NCBI RefSeq assembly: GCF_963676685.1
Contig: NC_092352.1
Location: 42,904,001 to 42,968,000, forward strand
Direction: 5' to 3'
DNA length: 64,000 nucleotides
From: Mytilus edulis
Lineage: Eukaryota
This document shows, piece by piece, positions 12,701 to 25,600 of the stretch. A program made the position numbers and the translations under genes. Each line of letters starts with the position of its first letter. The first letter of the stretch is position 1. The notes below the pieces were generated by a model. It saw only the letters and a program-made list of their open reading frames with translations, was not told where the DNA came from and ran no database searches.

Positions 12701-14910
12701 ATATTGAAATAAAAATTGCTACTGGCTATTTGGAAAAATATGTTGTGTTCCAAATTAAACTAAATAGTTAGTAATTAGTTTTAAAATCAATTTTTAAACA
12801 TCCCACTATTTAATGTTTGGATCTAAAAATGTTTTTGACAATTAAAAGTTTCTTTCATTTAAATAAAGAGTAACAAATATAGTTCTTTATAACTTGATTA
12901 GAATACAATGCCATCTAAAATTGTAATCATTTATCTTCCATGTAATTACTTTGTACCCAAAAAAGAGCGAACCTTGAAACCGTGTGAAGGGAAATTAAAG
13001 CAATTTGATCTATTTTGTCATGAATTGATTGATTATTGGTTGCTTAATGTCCAGTGACAGATATTTCATGCATGTAAACTATCAACTAGACTACCTATGG
13101 GTACATACCATTACCAGGGGCAGATCAATCCATTTTTAAAAGGGGTTCAAACCCAAAATAAAAAGGGGGAGGGGTCCAACTGTATTTTCTTATTCAAAGC
13201 ATTGATCATCCCAAAAAATAAGCGTTTTCCATCACCCTCTTTTTGGATCTGCCACTGCAAACTATCTATATTCTTTAAAATTTATCATGTATAGTAAAAT
13301 ACTGCTTTATACAAATGTTCCAATAAACATGCTTACGTACACCAGCATCTACAATCTTTTCATTCTGGAGTCAATATTTTACAATGATGATAGTGAGTAG
13401 ATTTACAAAACTACGTAAATGAGTTACACCTAGTCAGCCAAAATATATCAATAGACTAACTACAGGATTACTCAAGTTGTTTATATGTGCTAAATTGGAT
13501 AGTGTATAGAAAGGTATATACTATGAAAATAAGAGCTTGGGGCAAGCCCCGCAAGCTCTTATTTTCATAGTATATACCTTTCTATACAATATCCAATTTA
13601 GCACATATTTACAACTTGAGTAATCCTATAATTAGTCTATTGATATGTTTTTGCTGACTGGATGTAGCTCATTTACGTAGTTTTGTAAATCTACTCACTA
13701 TAATATCATTGTAAAAATGGGATTTCAAAAGGCCCTTGACTTTAGAATGTAAAGAAGGTAGCTGCTGGTGTAAGTATGTTTATTGATATGAACGAAGCGT
13801 TGTTTTACTATACATGTACTTATTTACATGATAAGATGACACAATGAATTGACCAAGAGCAGAAAATTCTTAAATTGCAGTGAAAGCTTTACATTCTTGA
13901 AAACATTTTTTTTATTTCACATAAAACCTAAAATTTTCACAAACAGTTGGATCCCCCTCCCACATCTTTGGTTGAAACACCTTTTAAAAATGGCTGGGTC
14001 TGCTCCTGGTATGTCCCCATAGGTAGTCTAGTGGATAGTTTATATGCATGAAATATTTGTCACTGGACATTAGGCAACCAATTATCGACCAATTTATGAC
14101 TAAATATATCAAATTGCTTTATTAATAATTTCCCTTCAAAAGATTCATGGTTGACTCTTTTTGTGTACAAAGTAATAGCATGGACGATAAAGGATTACAC
14201 ATTTTAGATTGAGTTGTACTTTAATCAAGGTATGAAGCACCATTATTATTACTCTTTATTTAAATGAAAGAAACTTTTTTAATTGTCAAAATTTAGATCA
14301 AAAGATTGATTAGTAGGATGTTAAAAATCTGTTTGAAAACTAATTACAAACTATTTAGTTAAATTTGGAACACATCATTTATTTCAAAATAGCCAGTAGC
14401 AATTTTTGTTCTAATATCTTGATTACAATACAATGAAATCTTACCCTTGTGGTCATTCATGCGTAGTTACTTAGTACACGGGAAAAGTATGTACTATGAA
14501 AATTAGAAGGCAAATTCAAGCAATTTGATTGGACGAGAAGTTGTAAGTATGTGCTAACCGACACTTCAAACATAAAACTATGTAAACAGTATTAATACAT
14601 AACTTACAATAAGTGTTGCTTCGTCGATACTTATAGTATTATTTCTCAAAGCCAGATTGTTTCACATACCATACAAACTCTGTGTACAGCTTTTAGTTAA
14701 TTGCTTTATAATTGTACATTGGAATTAAATGATAGCTTACAAAGTGTATGTCCAATCTGTTTCAGGTAAATGCTTAAAATACATTGATGAAACTTTACTT
14801 TTACAAATGCATCACTGATTTAAAGAGTTATCTCCCTGAACCAAGGTCTACCTCCTTGATAAATCTAATTTATATTCAACTTAATTCTTACCTTTGAAAA
14901 GCATGTTCAT
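716..14910 (-). CDS. Secreted Cys-rich protein with two tandem Ly6/uPAR (three-finger)-like domains; coding exons 14910-14892, 7872-7828, 7160-7078, 5873-5802, 3898-3754, 2720-2629, 2083-2015, 869-716; 3' end not found in window
   Basis: All exons have GT/AG boundaries with compatible phases (1,1,0,0,1,0,0,1). Translation: MNMLFKVGVPILLTFCLSCVDG-LTCLSCNGVADINDCLSTAATCQNSNEECYLDKTILPNLLAVFSAGCRSKQVCDLFAAASAGKRETSRTKRTTVACAECCTTSSNNSTGIPCNGYLCNQK-PKTDITTCGVCDKVADPTLCSVIQDCPPNEVCTSELMFANNQLVHRLGCERKDVCDVTLKGYKNANPGQYTGPKRKRVDGEIVICSSCCDTRTCNMADCKSLIN. Signal peptide, LxCxxC start and CC..CN end are LU-fold hallmarks. The 19-nt first exon is the least certain. Confidence 0.88.
900..1650 (-). repeat. 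Dispersed repeat family A copy, interrupted by the retrozyme-like element
   Basis: Reverse-complement similarity to 4862-5410 and similarity to 43465-43835 (CGGGGCCTTTTATAG..GACT, TTTGGTCTCTTGTAGAGA). Confidence 0.6.
1194..1495 (+). ncRNA. Retrozyme-like repeat with a minimal type I hammerhead ribozyme motif (1427-1480), probably degenerate at the cleavage triplet
   Basis: CTGAAGA (1431-1437), stem II GACA/TGTC, GAAA (1451-1454), stem III TGCGC/GTGCA, possible stem I ATCA/TGAT. A perfect GCCAGTAC-TTCG-GTACTGGC hairpin lies at 1205-1224. The element interrupts a family A repeat. Confidence 0.6.
2925..3175 (+). repeat. Dispersed repeat, probably Penelope-like-element derived
   Basis: TTACCCTTCCGGAGCATCTGAGATCACCCC...TCGATTTATGAGTTTGAC motif; related pieces at about 12270-12365, 19365-19460, 23815-23910 and (reverse) 42600-42785. 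Confidence 0.5.
4862..5410 (+). repeat. Dispersed repeat family A (SINE-like/non-autonomous retroelement)
   Basis: GATGTGGTATGATTGCCAATGAGACAACTCTCCAC...GGCTCCTGACTTGGGACAGGCACATA; near-identical reverse copy at 43465-43835, others at 51545-51895 (-) and 56818-56960 (+). Confidence 0.8.
5965..6112. mobile_element. Small palindromic MITE
   Basis: TGATGGTG..TTTTGGTCAAATGCC..TACATTTTGATTTTC..GTAGATGGAA is mirrored by TTCCATCTAC..GAAAATCAAAATGTA..GGCATTTGACCAAAA..CACCGTCA. Confidence 0.65.
6737..6885. mobile_element. MITE with CAGTGGCGGATCCAG-type (hAT-like) end
   Basis: Right end TCTGGATCCGCCACTG, degenerate left end GAGTCGGATTTAGA; related ends at 13113-13256. Confidence 0.5.
6926..6997 (-). 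pseudogene. tRNA-derived relic (Thr-TGT-like pseudo-tRNA or SINE head)
   Basis: Minus strand reads TAACTCCGTCGG (A-box-like)..CTTGTAA..GGTCCCGGGTTCGAGTCCCG (B box/T arm); acceptor and anticodon stems are broken. Confidence 0.6.
8045..8945 (+). repeat. Dispersed repeat family B, split by a Helentron-like insertion
   Basis: AAATTGAGAAAGGAAATGGGGAATGTG..ACAACAACCCGACC; resumes at about 8915 (AGACTAACAAAGGCCAGAGGCTCCTG). Uninterrupted reverse copy at 62395-63060; others at 4490-4555 and 26130-26520. Confidence 0.75.
8233..8910. mobile_element. Non-autonomous Helentron/HINE-like element carrying about 2.5 copies of a ~195-bp tandem repeat
   Basis: AAGCTTCTGTCCAAGTTTGGT..TTTAACCACAGAGTG recurs at about 8349, 8548 and 8742; GCC/GAC microsatellite and terminal hairpin (GTCG..CGAC) near 8830-8905. 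Confidence 0.65.
9922..11371. mobile_element. ~1.45-kb non-autonomous TIR DNA transposon, copy 1
   Basis: Left TAGACCTTTTCAACATCTCTCGACACC, right GGTGTCGAGAAATGTTGAAAAGGTTTA; both ends and subterminal blocks are shared with 21067-22522. Confidence 0.8.
10865..11176. mobile_element. MITE nested in copy 1, built from inverted arrays of an 8-bp (CGAGAAAT) unit
   Basis: Ends GTATGGTAG / CCACCATAC; internal GAAATCGA arrays are mirrored by TCGATTTC arrays; absent from copy 2; relic of the same family at about 57830-57990. Confidence 0.7.
12560..14558. mobile_element. ~2-kb fold-back element with two ~1-kb inverted arms
   Basis: GTTAGCACATACTTACAACTTCTCGTCCAATCAAATTG at 12560 is mirrored at 14521-14558; the arms remain alignable to the centre AAGAGCTTG-GGGCAAGCCCCG-CAAGCTCTT at about 13530-13560. 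Confidence 0.9.
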
Positions 14911-15527
14911 TTTCTTCCACTGAAGTTTCAAAGGAATAATAAAAATATTAGAAAGTATATCTTATAAACATGTTAACTGATATTAAGTGATGCAAACACT
15001 TCATCGAATTGTAGGAGGAGGAAAAACACACGAAAATTGGAAAGGACCAAAGGTCTTGGTTACATTACAAAATTGTAACCTATAAATAATGCAATAATAC
15101 TGTAGTTATATTAAAATCATGTCAATATCAAACTGGCTCTGGTCAATTTGAATATTAATTATTACTTAATCATCACGAGTTATTTTGATGGGATCTGTTT
15201 CTCTATTGATTTGTATCCTTACTTTTAAACAAATAACAGGAGGTCGTGCTCTTGATATGTGATTTTATCAGACATTGTCGCATTTTTATCATGACGTCAC
15301 AATAGGAAAATTAAGGACACAAGAGCATTTGACGTCATCATTTAATTTCGATCAATCCTACGCGAGAAAAGACACTAGTGAGGAAAAATACTTTTCTCGT
15401 ACCTATAAAGAAATGAAAACTGTGTTTTCAAAACTGTTGATTGAAAAGTACGTCTTTTAAGTCTATTCTTCGTACATTTGTTCTCTTATGAAAATAAACG
15501 TTATCCATGTCTTGCCATCATCACATA

Positions 15528-16168
15528 TAGACAATAATAGTGCATTGACTTGACATATCAACGATATAAGGATGAGGCTTAGAAACGGGGAAATGCGAGG
15601 CTGTGCCGAGCTATTTCCCCGTTTTGGGCCGAATCCTTATATCGTTGATATGTCAAGTCAATGCACTATTATTGTCTTTATACTGCAATCTAAAAAAACA
15701 TTTTCAATTGTTGTTTTTAAATGCGTTAAGGTTATTTGTTTGATTTAAATATTGGGGGAAATCCCCTTTAAAAAGGCCTCATATCATGCTCGCAGAGAAA
15801 TATACAACACGATGAAATGTACATTTACCTGTTGAAATCCACACTCGATGGTGAACGAAATCGTTTGAGTATCAACCATAAGCATAAAACATAATGATTT
15901 ATTGCAAACAAAACATATTTAAAACAAATGAAATATGTTTTTTCCAATAATTGCAAAAGAAACAACGTTGAGTCGTTCCACGCATCGTTGTATGCATTGG
16001 AAACAAGAACAGGTTGAAGAGGTCGTATGAATAATTAAATATTATTTCGGCAACTTCTATTTAATAAATAGTCATGGGTAAAAGTGATATCGGGTCACTG
16101 ACTGTATATGACATAGAAATATACAGTCAATGCATTTTGACTGCTCAAATAGAACGAGTGCAGTATAA
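15528..16168. mobile_element. Palindromic MITE: 150-bp hairpin 15529-15678 plus flanking inverted TTTATACTGCA/TGCAGTATAAA
   Basis: AGACAATAATAGTGCATTGACTTGACATATCAACGATATAAGGAT and its exact reverse complement are both present. Confidence 0.7.
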
Positions 16169-19100
16169 ATGTTAATACTATGTTTGGAGCACATTGTGGC
16201 CTACGATAGTCTTTTTACTGTTGTTTTTGTTTGTCATACAGACTACACTTAATCAATATATATGAATGGTTTACCTATTATTTTTATGGGGAGGCACCGG
16301 AAGATTACAAACGCCATAACACACGTACAACGTTAACAATGTGTATGTATAAATACTGAACTCGAATAAAGGATTGTTTGAAAAGGACATTTTACATTGG
16401 TGTTGTTTGTAAATAAAAGAAAGAAAGATGACGTTACAAAGGGACAATCGAAGTAAACATACAACACATAGACAACGAAAAGCGAAAACCATCCGTTAAG
16501 TTACAAATTTACAATAACTTGATATTACAATGTAACACAGCTATTTACATTGAAGAAATGTGTTTTCACTTTTCAGGAAGTCACCAATCGTACAGAAAAC
16601 AAAACAGAAAGGGAAATGACAATTACGCATTGTAAAATATTAAAAGGAATAGTTAGTGTGCACATATGAAGTATTTCTTTTCAAACTATAAAATAACAAT
16701 ACGTACATGAACTAGATTGAACTTATCTTCAATAATGACCTCGTTATCATGATATACAACTTAAGTTAACATGCCTTATCTTTCATTAGATTTTCACGAA
16801 TGAAAGTTCGAAACCGATCTTAACATTCCTATTCCTTTATAAATTAAACAGAAATAAACAGTTTCTATAGGTTCTGTATACTTTTATTTTGAAGACTGGT
16901 ATTGTCAAATTAAAAATGTATCAACACTGCTAAAGATGATTGCAAGTTAATGCACTAAATAATAATCCATTATTAAAAAAAGATATTGGGCGCACAAATC
17001 ATGAGCTACCGATTTACAAGCAGAATAAAATGTAAAAGCTGTTAGTTAGATTAATTCGTACTAGAGTGTGTGATTTTGTAACGGAATTTAATGCTTGCTG
17101 TACCAAAGTTCACTTAAAACATTTTTGGACGACACCTCTGAATATACAAATGAGGTTATTTGTAGTATTCTGATAAATGATTATGCTTTTTTGGTTACTA
17201 TAAAATTCAAAGTACATTTACTCAGTTTACCTGTAGGAAGAGTTGTGATAAGAACATTATAAAGCCGTTATACCATACTCGGTAACCTGTACATCTTTAC
17301 CTCTTTAAGTTTTTCCTTTGAATTGTTTCACTTTGCCAATAGATTGTCCATTCTTGTTCACTATGCAGTAGTGATTTTGCACGTCCTAGTGGGTAATACC
17401 GTAATCTGTAGCTGATTCCACACTTGTTTTAGTCTAATTTGACTTCATTACAATTATATAACAACTTTTTAAATGTATGTAATAGTTAACTTAATAATCA
17501 TGATTATACGAAATCAAAATGATGATGAGCAGCAAGAAAATATTTGAAATAATCTTTCAAATTGGTCTTTTTGATTAATAATGAACCATTTTATCTGATT
17601 CGTGCCTGTATCATTTGCTTTACGAAGATGTAAATATATTTGTACTATACCATTTTCCGATTTTAAATCCAAAATAGTTTGACATTTGATTAGAATGAGA
17701 AATGTTAAAATTCGATTATCTCCCGTTTACTGCAGAATCTCTCAATAAATAAATTCCCCCAAGGTTGACAGGTGAAAAGAAATATGGTCTTCTCTCGACC
17801 GCCAGTAAAACGCTTGCCAAAGTGGGGCGTCCGTTTGGCTCGTGTAAATAGAGTGTCAAGCTCTTTGCACGTTAAAACCCTTGCAACAACTCTTTGAGGG
17901 GTCCGTAGGTGGCCTGTTGCAAGGCAAAATTTCTGTCCCTATCCAATATACCCATTTTGCGGTGGCAGTCCAACCCACCCCCCCCCCCTTCCCGACCATC
18001 ATCCTAGATGACCTCTTGTATTACAAAACCCATTGTACTTTAATATTGTTAACTTGTTCTCGATAAACATGCATAAAATATTTGCCACTGAACGTTAAGC
18101 AACCTACAATCAATCAATAAATAAAACTAATGATAAATGCATTTTATTCATTTAAAAAAGGTTAAAATACAAAAGTAAGGTATTAGTAAAGTCTCAAGTA
18201 TTGACATCTGTAGAACAAATTTGTAAGAATACCAACCATTGTGCCATATGTCGAGCATCTGCAAAGCATGCTCGAGCATCTGATATTAACTACAGTTTTT
18301 GGTAGGGTTCATCTTATTCCCTTGTCTTTGTACGATTTAAAAACTTGCTTGTCTAATTATCGCGAGATTGTTATGTGCCGTGATATTGTAAGTTTTCATC
18401 GATGTATTTTATTTAATCGTTCATAAAGGGTCTTCTATAATTTTTTGAGGGGGATCTAAACATTGATACAAATGTTAGAACCATGGACAGAGATGCATTT
18501 AAAAACTGTCACATTATACACATAATTCAATAAGATCATTGTTAACGCTTTCAAATTTAACTTTTGATCATATCGACTGTTCTTGCAACTGGGAAAGATT
18601 CATCAATATTACAGGACAATTTACTCATGACTTACATGCTTACAACTCTGACAAATTACCAGATATATGTTTAAGAACTTTGACACTTCTTGCTGCATAT
18701 GCCATACATTTCAATTATCGAATCAATAATATGCGCTGCATGCAAGCATTTCTTGACGACTGGGTTCATAAGCTCAAGTACAGGAGTACAAACATAAGAC
18801 ACCTTGAATTACTAAAGAACAAGTTTCAAGTGTCATGCATATTATTATAGCTGTTTTAACTTTTCTGTATCAAAACCCTCAACTCAATTGATTATTATTC
18901 TTACCCTACAGCATTGACAGCGCTCAAAGTCATACATGCATCCACTTATGCTTGATCAGTCATTTGTACAAACACATTTTATAATCACATTGCAGCAAGG
19001 TCGTTTAAATTTTAATCGGATATTACATCAGATTGGTTTGAGACGTTACAAACAATACAAGTTTGAAGAAATTGAAGCAGAAGTTTGTTTAATTTCGTCG

Positions 19101-21066
19101 GCATACTGTAGATTCATCATTATTCGTGGAATAACACAGATACAGTTAAAACACAAATGTTAGTGTTAAATAAAAGTAAACATTGTCCGTAGACTTAAAT
19201 GCAAACTTTAGTAAAACCTAGAATTTTGATATCCAGGAAAATATTGTTGTACCCACGGAAAATAAATGAATTAACAGTAAAACAATTTCCACACAGGAAC
19301 AATTTCCAAACACTTGACTAATTGTAATGCTTCTCGTGGAATGAAATATGTATATAATTAGCTGATGTGTTTCCCTCGGTTTTGGTTTATTGTCCGGCTT
19401 TGTTTTCTGTCAATCGATTTATGACTTTTAAACGCCAGTATACTACTGTTGCCTTTATTTTCCCAGTTTATCAACCTAACTGTTAACTGTTTAGTTCGTT
19501 ACCGAAGCCAATAAAAGATACTAATAATACAGTAAAAACAGAAAAGTTTGATTTGGGCTCAAATATTTCAATGGCTGGCGCAAAAACGATGAAACGTCCA
19601 CTGGAAAATGTTTATTCGTGATTTTGCTTTTAATTTAATATGACATTCTTCATTGACACAAAATAGCAACAAACTTAAACATAAACATATATATATGTAC
19701 AGGGAAATTAAATCCAAGAACAGAATACTTTAATTTAATAGCAAAAGGTAGTAAAATTATAAATAATGATTACTTGAGAACTATCTTATGACATGTTACT
19801 AGAAACAAATCGAATGGTAATAATAAATATTATGCAATATTCATGTACACATAAAGGTACTAATACACGAAAAAAGTATTTTAATTTCCAAATAAATTTC
19901 ATTTTTGAAACAATTAGAATTATGAAAATGTATGTACACCATGTAGTTGGTGCCAATTAAAAACTGAACTTCACATTCTGAAAGTTTTATATTTCCTCTG
20001 AATAGAATTTACGCATTGTAATTCAAGTAATAATTTTTATCTCGACTTTGAAAATAAGAAGATGTGATATGATTGCCTATAGAACAATTCTAAGTAAGAG
20101 GCTCAATAATTGTGAGAAGTCTATTTGTAACACAATGATGTTTCAAGAAAATGTGACCGTACGAGGTTCTTTCAGTGGGTAAACGAATAGAAACTGTCCA
20201 ACTACTGAAATTCATGGTACAGACATTTTCTGAAAACAAATGTGACGGTCACAATAATTGAGATATGTTAATATTTAAAAAATACATAATGCAACCTATG
20301 CATACAAAGAAAATACAATTGGTGTTCTCGTACTTTACGTCTCTGTTTATTTACATTTCTGGGCATGGTTGCACCAAAGAATCGTATATCAATACCTAAC
20401 TATAGAAATCCTTGGTTATACGTATTTTATCAAAACCGAAGAAACACTCCTGTTTTTCCTATCGCTGATGTGCTTTGTCTATAGGCCTTTTTTTATTTTG
20501 TTGATATATTTGGTTTTATTTTAGCTAATAAGATTTAAACACAATGTGTACTGCTGTACCTCTGTTTTTGAAATGTTTACCTATTATGTCTTTTTTATGT
20601 GTTCACACATCGTTATCAATATAATGGAATTTTATGAGACTGTCATACAAGTGAGAGGTTTAGCTATCTATAAAACTAAAGAAAATGTCTGTACCTATTC
20701 AGGAATATGATAGTTGCTATCCATTCGTTTGATGTGTTTTGAGCTTAAGATTTTGCCATTTGCTTAGGGATTTTCCGTTAAGAATTTTCCTCAAAGTTTG
20801 GTATTTTTGTTATTTTACTTTTTAGAAATTTCGGTTTCATTGAGATATTGAACAACATTCCTTTTTTTTTATAAGTATACTTTTTTTATACAGGTATACT
20901 TCTTTTTGCAAACCTTTTATTGAAATATAGTTCAACACAGTCTGAATATAATACAATCAATCATACCTTTTTCGTTTTGAGTTGATGTTACTGGTATACA
21001 ATTCTGCATTCGGCAGACCAGGATCTTTGTAATAATTCAAATGATCGCCTTTCTAAAATGTTTGAA

Positions 21067-22522
21067 TAGACCTTTTTAACAATTGTCTACACCTACAGTT
21101 GAGCACGACTACGACAGGTAAGATGTGAGGGGTCGTCTCAAAAATAAAAATTGAAAATAATACTATACATCCCTAAGAGATTTAATGCTTGAAATTTATT
21201 TGATTGACAATGACATAACTTTCCAACAGGGTAAAATGGCATGGATTTTTAAGTTTAAAAAGAAAAAACAAAGATCAACTTATTTTCTGTACGTGAGGAA
21301 AAAACACAGAAGAAAAAAAAACTTATAAAAAAAGAGCGATCACTGTTCGACTAAAAAGGAATCAAATATGAAGGTGAAGCATAATTTCCACCGTGTAAAG
21401 GCCGTACACAGTATCAACATTTGCAGGACTTGGTTCAGGTGCACAAAACATGCGACGGGGTTTTACTAATATAATTAACTAAAACACTCCCTTATGCATG
21501 GTCATAGACGAAATTTAAAAAGAATCATTAATACGAAAAATAATTAAACGATTATAAAATCGACAAAGATTTGTCAAGGAAAAAAGAAACAGCGAAACAA
21601 TTTCTGACCCGTTGACAACAAAATAAAATATAGCAATGACAGTGTAACATATAAAACCAACAATACTTGATCAACACGGACCCCATTAAACTATATTGCT
21701 AAGCAATTCCCGCTTCTTGCAAGAAACTCAGAGGTCATTTTCAAAACAGGGGAATGGCTCTACGATAAAAAGGACAACGTCTGTTGTTTTTTCGGAACAC
21801 GGGCTATTATATTGGATAATCAGTTCGTGAGGACAACCATTTGAATAAATAAGGAAAAACATATAAGACATTGGACTCCCAGCCCCTGCTTAGCACTATT
21901 CAAAAAAAATTTACAATGACAAAGCTCTATAGTAACTAGTATGTTGAATTATAAATTCCATACGCAGGTATGTACTGCTTTAATGGTGATACATCTCCCC
22001 TTATTCAAGAAGGAAATACACCAACTTTAACAAGGTATCTTGATCTTTTCCTTCGACCTTTGAAATCAATATGATTTTACCCCTCCCCTTTAAAAAAATG
22101 TCTCGACCGTGTTTACAAGTGTGATAACAGACGGACAGACAGTCCAGTAATAATGTTTCAGAAATTCTCGAAAATTTTCAGAAAAACTTTTACAGATACA
22201 CATGTATTCTTATTGGCATGCGGCATACATAAAGCTGAAGAGAAAGTTGATCAGGATACGAAATGATTGCAGTACTTAATTTTTTAATCAATTCAACGTG
22301 AAATGTCGAGTAAATACATGTAATAAGAATATTGTATGATAGAGAATCATTTTCATTTACTTTTTATATTTTTTATATATCTTCTGTAGCTATATATAAC
22401 CGCCAAACCGAATGTATATATCGTAATGATAATCAGACGTTTTTGTCTTTGAGACGATCCCTCCATTTAACTGTAAGCTGTAGGTGTCATTTGTCGGTGT
22501 CGAGAGTTGTTGAAAAGGTCTA
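21067..22522. mobile_element. ~1.45-kb non-autonomous TIR DNA transposon, copy 2
   Basis: TAGACCTTTTTAACAA...TTGTTGAAAAGGTCTA termini; shares internal blocks with 9922-11371. Confidence 0.8.
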
Positions 22523-22679
22523 TTAGCAATGCTACTTGAAGATGTACACGAGTCTTTTCAAGAAGTTATATACAAAAATAGTACATTTCCATATAACAAA
22601 AAGGTAAACTCTTGCAAAAAATGTTCTCATAACAGAAAAATATTTATTAAATTAAATTAATTAAAATTTATTAAAACTG

Positions 22680-25600
22680 TTATTGTTTTTTTTCAAAAGC
22701 AGTCAGAAATATCCAAGATACTAATATAATAATAAAACATTGTACTAAGGCCACATCAGGATTGTCTTTTACTGAATAAGAAGCTACTAACAGACCAATT
22801 AATTTTTGTATGACATTATACCATGAAACATAACGTACATTCTTGTGAAGCTGATATTTGAAGAAGTAACGCATAGCTGCGGCAAATGATAATAACATAT
22901 AAAATATGAACCAGTCAGGGTGAAACTTTATGTGTGGTGATCCATTCTTCATGCTGAATAACATAAACATAAACTTGATGTACGCAAACCAAAAATACAG
23001 CAACAGGATTACAGCTATTACCTCCATTTTGAACCAGCTGAGCTATTAAATAAGTAAAAAAAGAATTTATTTTTAATAAATTTGGTAAGGTTTGTCTGCA
23101 TAGCGGGTTGACATCGAATATGACAACTGTCCAAACGCTTGATACTATAGTATTCAATAAACATTCGCAGTCCGATCAGCTGTGACTGTATAAAATTATC
23201 AACAGGATTCCTATCCGAACGGGTCTTCTTTTTCTATTCCAGACCAATGCCTATTGTGTATTTATTTAAAAGGCATATTTTAAAAATCCAAGTTGAAGAG
23301 TCAAGTTCCTCCCAATTCCTTATCATAGTAGCGGCAATTAAATGTGCTAGAATTTGCAAATTTCTATATTTATCCCCAAAATGTAAACAAGGGACATGCT
23401 CATTGAAACTGAAACAAAATTGATATTGGATGTAAAGTAAAAGCTATTGTATTTCTCATACACTTTATTTTATATTGGGATGTCACGTCCTTCAAAACAA
23501 AACGAAAAAATCAAGTAAACTTTGCAATTTTGAATCAAAGTGCCTATATCAGCAACCTCATTTGGTTTATGGAAATATGTTTTAGTTATTTGATAATGTG
23601 GTAAATATTCTGTATCCAGGTGGATTTGACAATATAATTATTATGTTTAAGTCAGTTTATAGATTATATAAGAAAAAAACGTAATCCAAAAATACAGATC
23701 ATAATTCTGGACGGCGAATGTGTTCCAATTATAAATTGTAACTATGATCCCGACAACTCAGCCCCGAATTTATCTTACTAAACAAGACTTATCAGTAGAT
23801 TTGTACTAATATTAGCACCACGACGGGTTACATTTGGAGCCGGATCCATGGCTTTGTGAGTTCATTATCGACTTATGATTGTGGTCGTCCCTTTAGTATA
23901 CGTTGCCTCCTTTCTTTCACCATTAATAAAGAAATCTTAAAATGGAAGCTAAGATGTATTACATACTGATAAGTGTCAATTATAGTATTGTATACTTCGT
24001 GGGTTTAATCATTGTCTGTTAAAATATTCCTTAACCGAGAAAAAGATCCCAAATAAAACTGTATGTATTATTACAAGTACGTTTATGTGAGAGACGATTT
24101 TAATTCAGATCGATCTAAAGAGTACTAAATAGGTCATAGGAAAAGCGCTTATACACAAACGTACATATTACATACTAATTTTATGGAAAAAATAAGTTAA
24201 ATATTCAAATCACTTAAATGGAAAATTAAAGTAAAACATGTACATATACTTTTTTCTGAATAATTTTTTTCATTTCGTCCAAATTTAAAAGAATTTTGCT
24301 TGGTTTCCAGACAACAATTCGTCGACAAGTTTTCCTTATGCAATTACCTCGGCGTGACCTTTCTCGTGAAAATCCGGTAATTGCAATACGCTAGTACGAA
24401 GGGAAAAACCAAATTGGAAGAGAGAGTCAACAAACGTAAACATCGCTCCGTCATTGAAAATATACAATATCTTATTGTACATGTTATACACGTGCTTACC
24501 TGAACAGTCATGCCTTTTTGTTGATTGTTTAAAAAGTGGACAATCGGTAAACTTCGGTTTCTAAGCACGACCAATAATTATCTCCCATATTTTCACAACA
24601 AAAATGACCGAGTGAAATATCTTGTTGACGATTATACGAAATGGATGAGTTAAAATTAATAACATCGTGCACAGAATACTAAGTTTATGATATATGCATG
24701 CATTGTTTCAAGAATTGGATTAACATTATTTTTCACCATTCACTTGTTTCATATGATTTTTAAGGCATACGTCCAAATAAAAACCTGATAAACCATCAGA
24801 TTTAAATATGCAGCAATATTGTTAAAGCCTGAAGTTTGAATGGCTTATGCAAAAAAATCAATTCAAAATATACATGTTACTGTACATATATTTGATAGAA
24901 TACTGTTTAGTGCTATAATTTACAATAAGCTTCTTTGAAGTTTTACAACACAAATGGTAAAAGAACAACCGCAAAGGACATTTTCCGTCATATTGATGAT
25001 CACTTTTTTTGATAATTGTAGAGTAAAGAGTCAATGCAACTGCTAACTTACCAATTTATAAAATGTCGTCGAAAATAATCTCATTAGGAAAAAATGAACT
25101 GAAATTACTGCTAGCAGAAATGTCAGGATGAACTGGAACAGTAAATTCCTGCAATTAAAATGATACTTATAACTGTTTATAAAATCAAGTAATTTTTAAC
25201 AGGGCTGAATCGTAAATACAAATGTTATTATCTTCAACACATTTTGACTCGAGCACAATGTTTTCGATACTTTCGTAGATGACCTTTATCCAAGTTGGTA
25301 AAGCAGCAGTAACTTAAGGTTCATGTTACAAGCACCGTACCTGGTATTTTGACAATCTTATCATGGATTTATTAATTTTCAACTCCTCTATGAAAAGTTA
25401 ACTTTGTAAGTGGCTAGTGTACTGATAGTTGTATTCTTTTACACCTTTTGTTATTTAAATGATAAAATATGAAAAAGATAGGATTAAGATCAAAAACAAA
25501 CTATTGTTATCCTTTCACAAGTGAATGAATGTACCTGTTCCTAGTTAAAATCTCGACAGTCGTATGTTATGGTAAATAAAAACCTTTTTGATTGTTATTT

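Noticed and set aside
18539-19163. Cys-rich, coding-looking stretch
   Set aside because: Stops in the plausible minus-strand frames, no recognisable domain and no consistent splice chain.
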